In this document: positions 32,741 through 42,306 of the stretch, in pieces | Numbering within the stretch: the stretch's first letter is position 1 | Layout: each line of letters starts with the position of its first letter | Assembly (NCBI GenBank): GCA_947589235.1 | Contig: CANQAX010000002.1 | Coordinates: 9,054-73,053 of the forward strand | Direction of reading: 5' to 3' | DNA from: an uncultured Clostridia bacterium | Lineage (GTDB): Bacteria > Bacillota > Clostridia > Christensenellales > Borkfalkiaceae | Length of the DNA: 64,000 bases | Made by a program: the position numbers and the translations under genes | The notes under the pieces: generated by a model | What the model was told of the DNA's origin: nothing | What the model saw: the letters and a program-made list of their open reading frames with translations, nothing else | Databases searched by the model: none

Positions 32741-35386
32741 TTACTTCCTCGGGTTCTTGATGTTCGCCTGTGCCGCGGCAAGTCTCGCGATGGGAACTCT
32801 GAACGGCGAGCAGGAGACGTAGTTGAGCCCGATCTGGTGGCAGAACTCGATGGACGAAGGATCGCCGCCGTGTTCGCCGCAGATGCCCGTGTGCAGCTTT
32901 CTGTTCGCCTTCTTGCCCATTTTCACCGCCATCTCCATGAGCTTGCCGACGCCCGTCGTGTCCAATCTTGCGAACGGGTCGCTCTCGTAGATCTTGTTCG
33001 CATAGTAGGCGGGAAGGAACTTGCCCGCGTCGTCGCGCGAGAACCCGAAGGTCATCTGCGTGAGGTCGTTGGTGCCGAAGCAGAAGAAATCCGCTTCCTT
33101 CGCGATCTCGTTTGCGGTGAGCGCCGCGCGCGGGATCTCGATCATCGTGCCGACTTCGTACTTGATCTTCTTGTGCTTGGACTTGATGACCTCTTCCGCG
33201 GTCTTCACGACGATGTCCTTGACGAACTTGAATTCCTTGACTTCGCCGGTGAGCGGGATCATGATCTCGGGGACGAGCTTCCAATCCTTGTGGCGCTTCG
33301 CGACGGCGATGGCGGCCTTCATGACCGCCTTGGTCTGCATGACGGCGATCTCGGGATAGGTGACGCAGAGACGGCAGCCGCGGTGACCCATCATCGGGTT
33401 GAACTCGTGCAGGTCGGCGATGATCTGCTTGATCTGCGCGACGCTCTTCTTCTGCGCCTTGGCGAGCGCCTCGATGTCCGCCTCCTCGGTGGGAACGAAC
33501 TCATGGAGCGGCGGGTCGAGGAAGCGGATGGTGACGGGCTGACCCTGAAGCGCCTCGAAGAGACCCTCGAAGTCCGCCTGCTGCATGGGCTCGATCTTGG
33601 CGAGCGCCTTCTCCCTCTCCTCGACGGTGTCCGCGCAGATCATCTCGCGGAAGGCGCCGATCCTTGCGGGGTCGAAGAACATGTGCTCGGTACGGCAGAG
33701 ACCGATGCCCTGCGCGCCGAACGCCGCCGCCTGCTTCGCATCCTTGGGGGTATCCGCATTGGTGCGGACGCCGAGCGCCTTATACTTGTCGGCGAGCGCC
33801 ATGATCCTGCCGAAGTAGCCCGAGTTGGGATCTGCGGGAACGGTGGGAATGATGCAGTCGTAGATGTTGCCCGTCGAGCCGTCGAGGGAGATGCCGTCGC
33901 CCTCGTGATACGTCTTTCCCTTCAGGGTGAAGCACTTGTTCTCCTCATCCATCTTGATGTCGCCGCAGCCCGAGACGCAGCAGGTGCCCATGCCGCGCGC
34001 GACGACCGCCGCGTGCGAGGTCTGTCCGCCGCGCACGGTGAGAATGCCCTGTGCGAACTTCATGCCCTCGATGTCCTCGGGGGAAGTCTCCAAGCGGACG
34101 AGGACGACCTTCTTGCCCGCCTTGCCTTCACGGACGGCGTCCTCCGCGGTAAACACGATGGTACCCGCAGCCGCGCCGGGGGAAGCCGCAATGCCCTTGC
34201 CGACGACGTCGTTCTTGTCCGCTTCCTTCAGAGCCTTCGGGTCGAACTGCGGGTGAAGGAGCATGTCGAGGGACTTGGCATCGATCTGCATGAGGGCTTC
34301 CTGTTCGGTGATCATGCCCTCGTCGATGAGGTCGCACGCGATCTTGATGGCAGCCGCCGCCGTGCGCTTGCCGTTGCGGGTCTGGAGCATGTAGAGCTTC
34401 TCGTTCTCGACGGTGAACTCCATGTCCTGCATGTCGCGGTAGTGATTTTCGAGGATCTTGCACACCTCTTGGAACTGCTCGTAGACCTTCGGGAACACCT
34501 TCGCCATCTGCGCGATGGGCATGGGGGTGCGGACGCCCGCAACGACGTCCTCGCCCTGTGCGTTGGTGAGGAACTCACCCATGAGCCCCTTCTCGCCCGT
34601 GGCGGGATTGCGGGTGAACGCGACGCCGGTGCCGCAATTGTCGCCCATGTTGCCGAACGCCATCATCTGCACGTTGACCGCGGTGCCCCACGAATAGGGA
34701 ATGTCGTGGTCCATGCGGTAGACGTTGGCGCGGGGGTTGTCCCACGAACGGAACACCGCCTTGATCGCCTCGAAGAGCTGTTCCTTGGGGTCGGACGGGA
34801 AGTCCTTGCCGAGCTGCTTTCTGTATTCCGCCTTGAACTGGTTGGCGAGGGCTTTCAAATCGTCCGCATTGAGCTCGACGTCCTGCTTGACCCCCTTCTT
34901 TTCCTTCATCTCGTCGATGAGCTTTTCAAAGTATTTCTTGCCGACTTCCATGACGACGTCGGAGAACATCTGGATGAAGCGGCGGTAGCAGTCCCACGCC
35001 CAGCGGGGATTGTTCGACTTCTTCGCGATGACCTCGACGACTTCCTCGTTGAGACCGAGGTTGAGGATGGTATCCATCATGCCGGGCATGGAAGCTCTCG
35101 CGCCCGAGCGGACGGAGACGAGGAGCGGGTTTTCCCTGTCGCCGAACTTCTTGCCGGTGATGTGCTCCATCTTGTCGATATATTCCATGATCTCGGCTTG
35201 GATCTCGGGATTGATCTGCCTGCCGTCCTCATAGTACTGCGTGCACGCCTCCGTGGAGATCGTGAAGCCCTGCGGGACGGGGAGACCGATGTTCGTCATC
35301 TCCGCGAGGTTCGCACCCTTTCCGCCGAGAAGCTCTCTCATGTTCGCGTTGCCTTCGGTGAAAAGGTAACAATACTTCTTTGCCAT
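32741..35386 (-). CDS. ppdK: Pyruvate, phosphate dikinase
   Basis: The protein begins MAKKYCYLFTEGNANMRELLGGKGANLAEMTNIGLPVPQGFTI... It contains ...GGQTSHAAVVARGMG... (the phospho-His region). It is 881 aa, with an AGGAGGAA RBS. Confidence 0.95.
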   Translation of the reverse strand: MAKKYCYLFTEGNANMRELLGGKGANLAEMTNIGLPVPQGFTISTEACTQYYEDGRQINPEIQAEIMEYIDKMEHITGKKFGDRENPLLVSVRSGARASMPGMMDTILNLGLNEEVVEVIAKKSNNPRWAWDCYRRFIQMFSDVVMEVGKKYFEKLIDEMKEKKGVKQDVELNADDLKALANQFKAEYRKQLGKDFPSDPKEQLFEAIKAVFRSWDNPRANVYRMDHDIPYSWGTAVNVQMMAFGNMGDNCGTGVAFTRNPATGEKGLMGEFLTNAQGEDVVAGVRTPMPIAQMAKVFPKVYEQFQEVCKILENHYRDMQDMEFTVENEKLYMLQTRNGKRTAAAAIKIACDLIDEGMITEQEALMQIDAKSLDMLLHPQFDPKALKEADKNDVVGKGIAASPGAAAGTIVFTAEDAVREGKAGKKVVLVRLETSPEDIEGMKFAQGILTVRGGQTSHAAVVARGMGTCCVSGCGDIKMDEENKCFTLKGKTYHEGDGISLDGSTGNIYDCIIPTVPADPNSGYFGRIMALADKYKALGVRTNADTPKDAKQAAAFGAQGIGLCRTEHMFFDPARIGAFREMICADTVEEREKALAKIEPMQQADFEGLFEALQGQPVTIRFLDPPLHEFVPTEEADIEALAKAQKKSVAQIKQIIADLHEFNPMMGHRGCRLCVTYPEIAVMQTKAVMKAAIAVAKRHKDWKLVPEIMIPLTGEVKEFKFVKDIVVKTAEEVIKSKHKKIKYEVGTMIEIPRAALTANEIAKEADFFCFGTNDLTQMTFGFSRDDAGKFLPAYYANKIYESDPFARLDTTGVGKLMEMAVKMGKKANRKLHTGICGEHGGDPSSIEFCHQIGLNYVSCSPFRVPIARLAAAQANIKNPRK

Positions 35387-35427
35387 GTAAATTCCTCCTG
35401 AAAGATTTCGTTTATTGACCGAAACCC

Positions 35428-35456
35428 ATTGTACAACAAATCGGTAAAAATTTCAA
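35428..35456 (-). promoter_or_regulatory. Promoter of ppdK
   Basis: Minus strand: TTGAAA (35456-35451), 17 nt, TACAAT (35433-35428). Confidence 0.55.
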
Positions 35457-35501
35457 GCCTTTCGCGGGAGAAAATCGGCAAAAGCGGCGCATTTTTTGCA
35501 T

Positions 35502-35533
35502 AAAAAAGGGCGGTCCGCCCTCTGGGACCGCCC
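35502..35533 (-). terminator. Intrinsic terminator of the 35563..36030 lipoprotein gene
   Basis: Minus strand: GGGCGGTCC-cagagggc-GGACCGCCC followed by TTTTTTAT. Confidence 0.75.
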
Positions 35534-35562
35534 GCCGGCTGAAAGATTCGCGCGTTTCCGCA

Positions 35563-36030
35563 CTATGCCGCAATAAAATTGAAGGTGAACGTCACGTTGC
35601 TCATGACGGGATTGTCCGTGAACGTCTCCTCCATGACGATGGCAAAGCCGTCCTCCGTCTTTTGTCCGTAGTACGAGATACTGCCGACACCCCCGAAGGA
35701 CGAGAATGCCGAACTGAGCTGCTCCATATACTCGCCCGCAAGGACGTACTTGTCTCCGTCCTTCGTGTAGGTCATGGCATTTTCCATGTCGCCGATCTTC
35801 CAGACGATCTTGCCGTCCTTGACCTCGAGCGTGCTGTCCTTATAGGTGGTATTGTACATCGTTTCGAGCGAAGTGATCGCCGAGGCGGTCGATCCCGACT
35901 GCAGATCGGTCGTCACCTTCGTTTCCTTGAAGGTGTATTTCGTGCCCGCGCTTTCCCCGCATGCGGCGAGCGCAAGGCAGAAGATGACCGCCGCAAAGAC
36001 GGCGAAAAAGTATTTCAACGCTTTTTTCAT
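35563..36030 (-). CDS. Small lipoprotein, function unknown
   Basis: ORF 35563..36138 trimmed to the ATG at 36030 (AAGGAGAAAAATC RBS). The protein begins MKKALKYFFAVFAAVIFCLALAAC (lipobox). Confidence 0.75.
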   Translation of the reverse strand: MKKALKYFFAVFAAVIFCLALAACGESAGTKYTFKETKVTTDLQSGSTASAITSLETMYNTTYKDSTLEVKDGKIVWKIGDMENAMTYTKDGDKYVLAGEYMEQLSSAFSSFGGVGSISYYGQKTEDGFAIVMEETFTDNPVMSNVTFTFNFIAA

Positions 36031-36256
36031 GATTTTTCTCCTTATGTGTCGATTGGTCTCCCCGCGGCGCCGGCACGAACGCACGGAACCCCTGCTTCCC
36101 ATTATAGCCGCCCCCCCCCCGTTGTCAAGCATTTTCAACAGAATGTGGAAATTTTTGATCCTGACGCTTGGGAAGAATGCGGCAAACGCCTGACGCGAGC
36201 GAATCGCGGGTGACTGTCATTTCGACCGAAGTGAGCGGCGCACGAGCCGCAAGGAC

Positions 36257-36405
36257 TGTCATTTCGAGCGGAGCGGAGTAGCGCACGAGCAATGGGCGAG
36301 TGCGGTACGGAGCGAAGTCGAGAAATCTACGGCAAAATAATGCAGAGTTCGACTTCGTCAATAAGGAATAGATGTCTCGACTACGCTCGACATGACATTA
36401 TTGTA
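36257..36405 (+). repeat. Copy 4 of the structured dispersed element
   Basis: It has the same modules as the other copies. The inner hairpin here is GTAGCGCAC ... GTGCGGTAC. Confidence 0.85.
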
Positions 36406-36558
36406 CGGCGTGGCGGTATGAGGCGCACGCGCTCGCGCCACCTTCCCCTTCCCGAGGAAGGGTAAGGCTAAAATAAGGAAGAGGGCGCGAACGCCCGCAT
36501 ATAACAAAAGGCTTCCCCCTTCACACAAGGGGGAAGCTGTCCCCGCAAGGGGACTGAT

Positions 36559-36690
36559 GGGGATTGGTAAATATGCTCCCATCCCCATCCGTCACGGCTT
36601 GCACCGTGCCACCTTCCCCTTCCCGAGGAAGGGTAAGGCTTTCGCTCGTTTCCTCGCACAAATTCTTTTCCCCGAAAAGATTTTGTGCGA
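36559..36690. repeat. 132-nt repeat, near-identical to 62747-62878, abutting the 3' end of the MATE gene
   Basis: GGGGATTGGTAAATATGCTCCCATCCCCATCCGTC...CCACCTTCCCCTTCCCGAGGAAGGGTAAGGCTTTC... followed by the hairpin GCACAAATTCTTTTC-ccc-GAAAAGATTTTGTGC (36656-36688). Confidence 0.85.
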
Positions 36691-36696
36691 AATATT

Positions 36697-38118
36697 TCAC
36701 GCCGCGTGGGCGACGGGGGTGTCGCCGGGAGTGCGTCTGTTCCGCCGCCGATGCGCGTACGTCACCGCAAAGTAGGTGACGAGCAAAAACACGTCCGCGA
36801 ACAGCCACGCGGTGGCGTTCGAGAAGCAGAAACCGTCGAATCCCCAATACCGCACGAACACGAAGGCGGTGAGGCTCCTGCCCGCAAGCTCGGTCACGCC
36901 CGAGAAGGTGGTGACGAAGCTCTTCCCCATTCCCTGCAGCGTGTTGCGGAAGATGAAGATGATGCCGAGGAGAAGATAGGCGGAACTCTGCACGAGCAAA
37001 TACTCCCGCCCGTAGCCGAGGATCTCCTCGTAGTGGAGGGAGACCGTCTCGCTCGATTCGGACACGAGGAACAGCCGCATGAGCGGTCGGCTGAGCCCGA
37101 AGCAGAACGCAAATCCGATCACCGCGGCGGCGGCGGTGTATACCATGCCCACGACGATGCCCTTCCTGATCCTGCCGTACTCGCCCGCGCCCGTGTTCTG
37201 CCCGACGTATGTTGCCATGGCGACGCCGAGCGAGGCAAAGGACTGGTTGGCGAGGTTGTCGATCTTGCTCGCGGCGACGTAGGCTGTCACCGCGCCGGGA
37301 TAGGCGGCGTCGAGCCCGTTGAGCGCCGTCTGCTGGATGACGGAGCCGATCGCGGTGATGGAGAACTGCAATGCCATCGGGAGCCCGAGCGCAAGCAGCG
37401 CGCCCGCGAGCGAAAAGCTCCACTTCGTATCCGAGCGGTGCAAGCGGAGTTCGGGATAGCGCACGAACATATACACAAAGCACGCGGCGCCCGAGATGAG
37501 CTGGCTCAACACCGTCGCGAGGGCGGCGCCGTGGTAGTGCATGCCGCACCCGACGATGAACGCGAAGTCGAGCCCGACGTTCAGAACAGCTGCGAAGATG
37601 AGGAAGAAGAGCGGCGTTCGGCTGTCCCCCACGGCGCGGAGAATATTCGCGCCGAGGTTGTAGAGGACGGAGGAGCCGATCCCCGCGAAGATGACGAAGA
37701 GATAGCTCTCCGCATAGCGGAAGTACCGCTCGGGCGTGTTCATGAGGCGGAGAAGGGGGGCGGTGCAGGGCAAGAAGATCGCGGTGAGCACGACGGTGAG
37801 CACGGCGCCGAGCACGATGCTCATGAAGATGGAGCGGCGCATGCCCTCTCCGTCCCCCGCGCCGTACCGCTGGGCGACGCGCACGCCGAAGCCCGTCGTG
37901 AGCCCGTTGACGAACCCGAGCACGAAGAAAGTGAGTGCGCCCGTGAGCCCCACTCCCGTGAAGGCGTCGGCGCTCACCGTCCTTCCGACGATGAGGGTAT
38001 CCGCCATGTTGTAGAGCTGCTGGAAGACGCACCCGAAAAAGATGGGGAGCGCAAACAGAAGGATGAGTTTATAGGGATTTCCCTTGGTCAATTCTTTCAT
38101 GGGACTGCCTGTCGCCAT
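36697..38118 (-). CDS. MATE family efflux transporter
   Basis: The N-terminus reads ...KGNPYKLILLFALPIFFGCVFQQLYNMADTLIVGR... The protein has 12-TM character and is 473 aa. The alternative start at 38100 is also possible. Confidence 0.9.
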   Translation of the reverse strand: MATGSPMKELTKGNPYKLILLFALPIFFGCVFQQLYNMADTLIVGRTVSADAFTGVGLTGALTFFVLGFVNGLTTGFGVRVAQRYGAGDGEGMRRSIFMSIVLGAVLTVVLTAIFLPCTAPLLRLMNTPERYFRYAESYLFVIFAGIGSSVLYNLGANILRAVGDSRTPLFFLIFAAVLNVGLDFAFIVGCGMHYHGAALATVLSQLISGAACFVYMFVRYPELRLHRSDTKWSFSLAGALLALGLPMALQFSITAIGSVIQQTALNGLDAAYPGAVTAYVAASKIDNLANQSFASLGVAMATYVGQNTGAGEYGRIRKGIVVGMVYTAAAAVIGFAFCFGLSRPLMRLFLVSESSETVSLHYEEILGYGREYLLVQSSAYLLLGIIFIFRNTLQGMGKSFVTTFSGVTELAGRSLTAFVFVRYWGFDGFCFSNATAWLFADVFLLVTYFAVTYAHRRRNRRTPGDTPVAHAA

Positions 38119-38252
38119 GATATTATATTCTCCGTCCGAAAAAACGCAAGCGTTTTGAGGGGGGTCTTTTCGGAATGCGCGGAATGAAAACCGTTGACAT
38201 CTTTTCCCGTTTATGGTAAAATCCGAATAGAGAACAAAACGTGAGGTATGTT

Positions 38253-38702
38253 ATGATCGAATATTCGCTGAAAGCGCTCTCCGCGGACGAGCTCTCCTTC
38301 AAGGTGAACCCCGTGCAGATCCCGCAGGGCACCAAGCTCGCCATCAAGCCCTTCTTCTCCCGCCGCATCCGTCAGGCGAACGAGAATCCCGCCATCCACG
38401 TCGTCATGCTCGAGTGCAAGATAGAGGGAACGGAGCAGGAACCCTCCCCCTACCGCATTCTGTGCCGCTTCGTGGGCGTGTTTGAGGTGAAGAACATGAA
38501 CACGGATGAGGACAGGCGCATCTTCGCCGTCAACGCGACGGAGACCATCTTCCCCTACCTCCGCGCCGCCATTGCCAACCTCACCGCCGACGCGCTCGTG
38601 AGCCCGCTGCAGCTTCCCGCCGTCTCGGGCGCGACGCTCTTCCCCGACGACCGCGGCGCAAACCAGTACACGCTGAACTTCGACCCCAAGACCATCAACT
38701 GA
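38253..38702 (+). CDS. SecB-like chaperone family protein
   Basis: ATG at 38253 after GTGAGGT. The segment ...IFPYLRAAIANLTADALVSPLQLPAV... resembles the SecB core motif (LFPYAREAISDLV..GGFPPL.L). Confidence 0.6.
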   Translation: MIEYSLKALSADELSFKVNPVQIPQGTKLAIKPFFSRRIRQANENPAIHVVMLECKIEGTEQEPSPYRILCRFVGVFEVKNMNTDEDRRIFAVNATETIFPYLRAAIANLTADALVSPLQLPAVSGATLFPDDRGANQYTLNFDPKTIN

Positions 38703-38715
38703 TCCAAAGAATACG

Positions 38716-38757
38716 AAGCCGCCCGAACGCTCGGCGTTCGGGCGGCTTTCCCTATTT
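38716..38757. terminator. Bidirectional terminator between convergent genes
   Basis: AAGCCGCCCGAACG-ctcg-GCGTTCGGGCGGCTT followed by TCCCTATTTT. Confidence 0.75.
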
Positions 38758-38765
38758 TCAACCTT

Positions 38766-39653
38766 TCAGCCGCGCAGGTTGCTCTCGAAGAAGGTAAGGA
38801 CGGTGCCCCACTTCTTCGCGCGGTCTTTCTTCTCGTTCAGAAATTCGTGGCGGGAGTGCTCGAACAGCACGAGGGAGACGTTCTTCATGCCCGCCTTCTC
38901 CGTATAGTAGCGGTACAGCTTCTTCACGCCCTTCCCCGCCTCGCCGACGGGGTCCTCCGCGCCCGAGACGAGGAGAACGGGCAAGTCTCTTTTCAGCCCC
39001 GAGGCGTACTTTTTGGTATACAGCGACTTGAGCCCGCGGAAGAAGTCGCGGTAAAAGCGGTTGGAGCAGGTGAACCCGCTCAAGGGGTCGGCGGCATACG
39101 CGGCGTTGTTTTCGGCGTCCGCCGAGAGCCACTGCCCGTCCTCGAATTTCTTTGCATACGCCCCGAAGGACAGTTTTTCGATGAGCTTTGCGGGCTTCTT
39201 CTCCCCCTTCAGGTGCGAGACGACGGAGCCGAGATACACCTCGAAGTCCTTCTTGTAGTTGCTCCCCGCGATGACGGCGCCGTCTATGAGCGAGGAATAC
39301 GTCCCGAGAAAGCTCTGCGTGAGGAAGGAGCCGTACGAAAAGCCGAACAGAAAAAGCGGAATGTTACCGTAACGCGCGCGGAGGAGCTTTGCAAGTTCCG
39401 CCTCGTCGCGCACGGTGTCCCTGAACATGTCGCCCGCGCACCAGCCGAGCGTATCAATGTCCGTCCTTCCGTGCCCGCGGTGGTCGTCCGCCGCGACGAG
39501 ATACCCGTTTTCGTTGAGAAAGCGGGCGAACGCATCGTACCGCGCAGCGTGTTCGGTCATGCCGTGGACGATCTGCACGATCCCCTTCGGCGCCGCGACG
39601 TCCGTCCACTCATGGACGAAGATCTTCTTTCCGTCAAAGCTCGAAAATTCCAT
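38766..39653 (-). CDS. Alpha/beta hydrolase (lysophospholipase / monoacylglycerol lipase-like)
   Basis: ORF trimmed to the ATG at 39653. The protein contains MEFSSFDGKKIFVHEWT...GIVQIVHGMTEHAARY...HRGHGRT... and GFSYGS (a GxSxG nucleophile elbow). Confidence 0.85.
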   Translation of the reverse strand: MEFSSFDGKKIFVHEWTDVAAPKGIVQIVHGMTEHAARYDAFARFLNENGYLVAADDHRGHGRTDIDTLGWCAGDMFRDTVRDEAELAKLLRARYGNIPLFLFGFSYGSFLTQSFLGTYSSLIDGAVIAGSNYKKDFEVYLGSVVSHLKGEKKPAKLIEKLSFGAYAKKFEDGQWLSADAENNAAYAADPLSGFTCSNRFYRDFFRGLKSLYTKKYASGLKRDLPVLLVSGAEDPVGEAGKGVKKLYRYYTEKAGMKNVSLVLFEHSRHEFLNEKKDRAKKWGTVLTFFESNLRG

Positions 39654-39769
39654 GGTTTCTCCCCTTTTTTGACCCCATTGCGGGAATTCTTTCCTCTGTT
39701 CCCTGTTTTCTCCCCCTTGACCGAGCCGCCGCCGCATGATAGAATGGACTGCTGCACAAGGAGGTAGCC

Positions 39770-40576
39770 ATGAAAAAACTTTGTTTGGGAATTGCCCTCG
39801 CGCTCTCCGTTCTCTCCCTCTGCGGCTGTACGGGGAAGGGCGAGCCGAACGTCTCCTTTCAAGAGCTCCCCGCGGAACTTCCCGCGGAACCCCTGCCCGA
39901 ACCCGAGCCGCTTCCCTCGGAGCCCGAGCCCCTGCCCGAGCCGCAAGAGCATGAGGCGGAATACCTCGTCTCGCGGGCGGACGGGCTCAACATCCGCACG
40001 GGCGCGGGGACGGAATATCCCGTCCTCGGACAGGCGGAGCGGGGCGTCCTTCTCCGCTCTCTCGGCACCGAAAACGGCTGGCACCGCACCGAGTTCCGCG
40101 GAAAGACGGCGTATGTGAGCGCCGCCTATACGGATACCCTCCGCCTTCCCGCCGCCTCGGAAGAGGTCGAGCGCGTCATCGAGGAGGGCTTCCGCCTTCT
40201 CGGTACCCCCTACGTGTACGGCGCCGTCCGCTTCCACGACGGAAGGGGCAACAGGACCTCCGCGTTCACGGAGGAGGCGTTCGACTGCTCTTCCCTCATG
40301 CAATACGTCTTTTACCGCGGCGCGGGCGTGCTCCTCGGCGTGACGACCCGCACGCAGGTCGTGCAGGGGGAGCGGCGGGAAGAGCCCGAGCGCGGCGATC
40401 TCCTCTTTTTCACCAACGCCGCGCGGTGCAATAGAAGCGGCATCGAGCGGGTCGGGCATGTCGCGCTGTACCTCGGTGGCGGGTACATTCTGCACACTTC
40501 CTCCGACTATGCCAAGGCGGAGCGGCTCTCCGAGGCGAGAATGCGCTACTTCCTCGAGGCGAGGCGGGTGCTCTGA
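39770..40576 (+). CDS. Lipoprotein with SH3-like and NlpC/P60 (C40 peptidase) domains
   Basis: The lipobox is LSLCGC, followed by a Pro/Glu linker. The SH3b-like stretch is LNIRTGAGTEYPVLGQAERG. The P60 core includes FDCSSLMQYVF ... GHVALYLG. Confidence 0.85.
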   Translation: MKKLCLGIALALSVLSLCGCTGKGEPNVSFQELPAELPAEPLPEPEPLPSEPEPLPEPQEHEAEYLVSRADGLNIRTGAGTEYPVLGQAERGVLLRSLGTENGWHRTEFRGKTAYVSAAYTDTLRLPAASEEVERVIEEGFRLLGTPYVYGAVRFHDGRGNRTSAFTEEAFDCSSLMQYVFYRGAGVLLGVTTRTQVVQGERREEPERGDLLFFTNAARCNRSGIERVGHVALYLGGGYILHTSSDYAKAERLSEARMRYFLEARRVL

Positions 40577-40836
40577 AGAATTTCATCCATCGCCCCGCGG
40601 AGCGACCGCTTGACGTCCTCATAGCTCTGCGAGGGGTGCGCCTCGTACAGCTTCCTCTCCCCGTAGAAGAGGGTGGGAACATACCAATAGTCGTACTTCG
40701 CCGCGATGTCGGGTCGGCGGCTCTCCTCCACCCATTCGATGGGGACTTCCACCCCCTCCGCGGCAAGTTCGCGGAGGGCGCGCCGCGCATAGCGGCAATA
40801 CGGACAGTCCTCGAGATAGAACAAAATTGCCTTCAT
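40546..40836 (-). CDS. Glutaredoxin/thioredoxin-fold protein (CPYC)
   Basis: Only the last 96 aa of ORF 40546..41256 are credible: MKAILFYLEDCPYCRYARRALREL... An ATGA overlap joins it to the rsmA stop. Confidence 0.7.
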   Translation of the reverse strand: MKAILFYLEDCPYCRYARRALRELAAEGVEVPIEWVEESRRPDIAAKYDYWYVPTLFYGERKLYEAHPSQSYEDVKRSLRGAMDEILQSTRLASRK

Positions 40837-41630
40837 ATCCCCTCCGTCATGACGTCGGCAAGGCGCGCAAAGCCTTCGGGCGAGAGGGTCTCCCCCCGCG
40901 CTCCCTCTGCGACGCCCGCCGCGGCGAGCCATTCCCTCGCGCGCTCCCGCGGAACGCGGAAGCCGTTCATGAGGTTGTTTTCGAGCGTCTTGCGGCGGCT
41001 CGAGAAGGCGCACCGCACGACGGCGCGGTACATTCCCGCGTCGCGGACGGAAACGCCGCCGCCGAATTCGATGCGGACGACCGCCGAATCGACGTTCGGG
41101 CGGGGGGTAAACATCGTCCGCGGGACCTTCCGCGTGATGCGCGCCCTTCCCTTCAGGGCGATCGCCGCGGTGATGGAGCCGTATTCGGGCGTCCCCTCCC
41201 GCGCACAGAAGCGGGCGGCGACCTCCTCCTGCACCATCACGGTGAGCCCGCGGCACATCTTCGCCTCCTCGAGGAAGCGAAGGACGACGGGCGTCGTGAT
41301 GTAGTAGGGAAGGTTGGCGACGACAACATATTCGCCGAGTTCCCTCTCCGCCGCCGCGAGGTCCTCTCGGAGAAAGTCGCGGAACACGAGGGTGACGTTC
41401 CCCGCCGTCTTTGCCATTTCCTCGAGGACGGGGCGGAGGGTGCCGTCTATCTCATAGGCGACGACCTTCTCCGCCCGCCGCGCGAGCGCCCGCGTGAGCG
41501 CGCCCGCGCCCGCGCCCACTTCGAGCACGGTGCCGCCGTCTACGCCCGCGTCCCGCACGATGGCGTCGAGCAGATTCTCGTCGGAGAGAAAGTTCTGCCC
41601 GAATTTCTTTTTGAAACGGAATGGTTCCAT
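40833..41630 (-). CDS. rsmA: 16S rRNA (adenine1518/1519-N6)-dimethyltransferase
   Basis: MEPFRFKKKFGQNFLSDENLLDAIV...VLEVGAGAGALT...VVANLPYYITTP. Confidence 0.9.
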   Translation of the reverse strand: MEPFRFKKKFGQNFLSDENLLDAIVRDAGVDGGTVLEVGAGAGALTRALARRAEKVVAYEIDGTLRPVLEEMAKTAGNVTLVFRDFLREDLAAAERELGEYVVVANLPYYITTPVVLRFLEEAKMCRGLTVMVQEEVAARFCAREGTPEYGSITAAIALKGRARITRKVPRTMFTPRPNVDSAVVRIEFGGGVSVRDAGMYRAVVRCAFSSRRKTLENNLMNGFRVPRERAREWLAAAGVAEGARGETLSPEGFARLADVMTEGI

Positions 41631-41712
41631 GAATTTCCCCGCAAAAAAGCGCACATGCTTGGGGGGAGGGAACTGCCCTCCTCACCAAAGAACGAGCCGC
41701 CCCGGGCGGCTC

Positions 41713-42306
41713 TTACTCTATCATCGGGCGGACGCGGAGCGGAATGCCAACCCCGTCCGCGATCTCCCTGCAGAGGCGCACGTTCTCTTCCCCGATGCAG
41801 TCGACGACGGAAAACCACACGTTGAGCCCCGCTTCCCTGCAATCGCGGGCGAAGGCGAGCATGCCCTCGTACGCCCCCTCGATCTGCGGGCGGCAGATCT
41901 TTTCGTAGTCCGCGCGGCGGGGAGCGTTTAAGGAGACGTTCACGCCGTCCATCTTCCCCTTCAAATCGGGCGCGATGTTCCGCCCCGCGAGAAGGGAGCC
42001 GTGCCCGTTGGTGTTGAGGCGGGTCCTTCCGCCGTGCGCGTGGACGTAGTCACAAATTTCGAGCATATCGGAGAGCCGCTCGGTGGGCTCGCCGAAGCCG
42101 CAGAACACGATCTCGGAGTAATTTCGGGGGTCGCCGATCTCGCTTTCTATCTGCGCCGCGGTCGGCTCTTCCCCCTTGAGCCAGAGGGCATACCCCTCGT
42201 ACGTCTCCTTCCCGTTGCGCACGCAGAAGGTGCAGCGGTTGGTGCAGCGGTTGGTGAGGTTGATGTAGAGATTTTCTCCGATGGAATAGGTATAGGTATC
42301 TTTCAT
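41713..42306 (-). CDS. TatD-associated radical SAM protein
   Basis: The CTNRCTFC (CxxxCxxC) motif lies near the N-terminus. The protein is 197 aa. An ATGA overlap joins it to tatD. Confidence 0.85.
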   Translation of the reverse strand: MKDTYTYSIGENLYINLTNRCTNRCTFCVRNGKETYEGYALWLKGEEPTAAQIESEIGDPRNYSEIVFCGFGEPTERLSDMLEICDYVHAHGGRTRLNTNGHGSLLAGRNIAPDLKGKMDGVNVSLNAPRRADYEKICRPQIEGAYEGMLAFARDCREAGLNVWFSVVDCIGEENVRLCREIADGVGIPLRVRPMIE

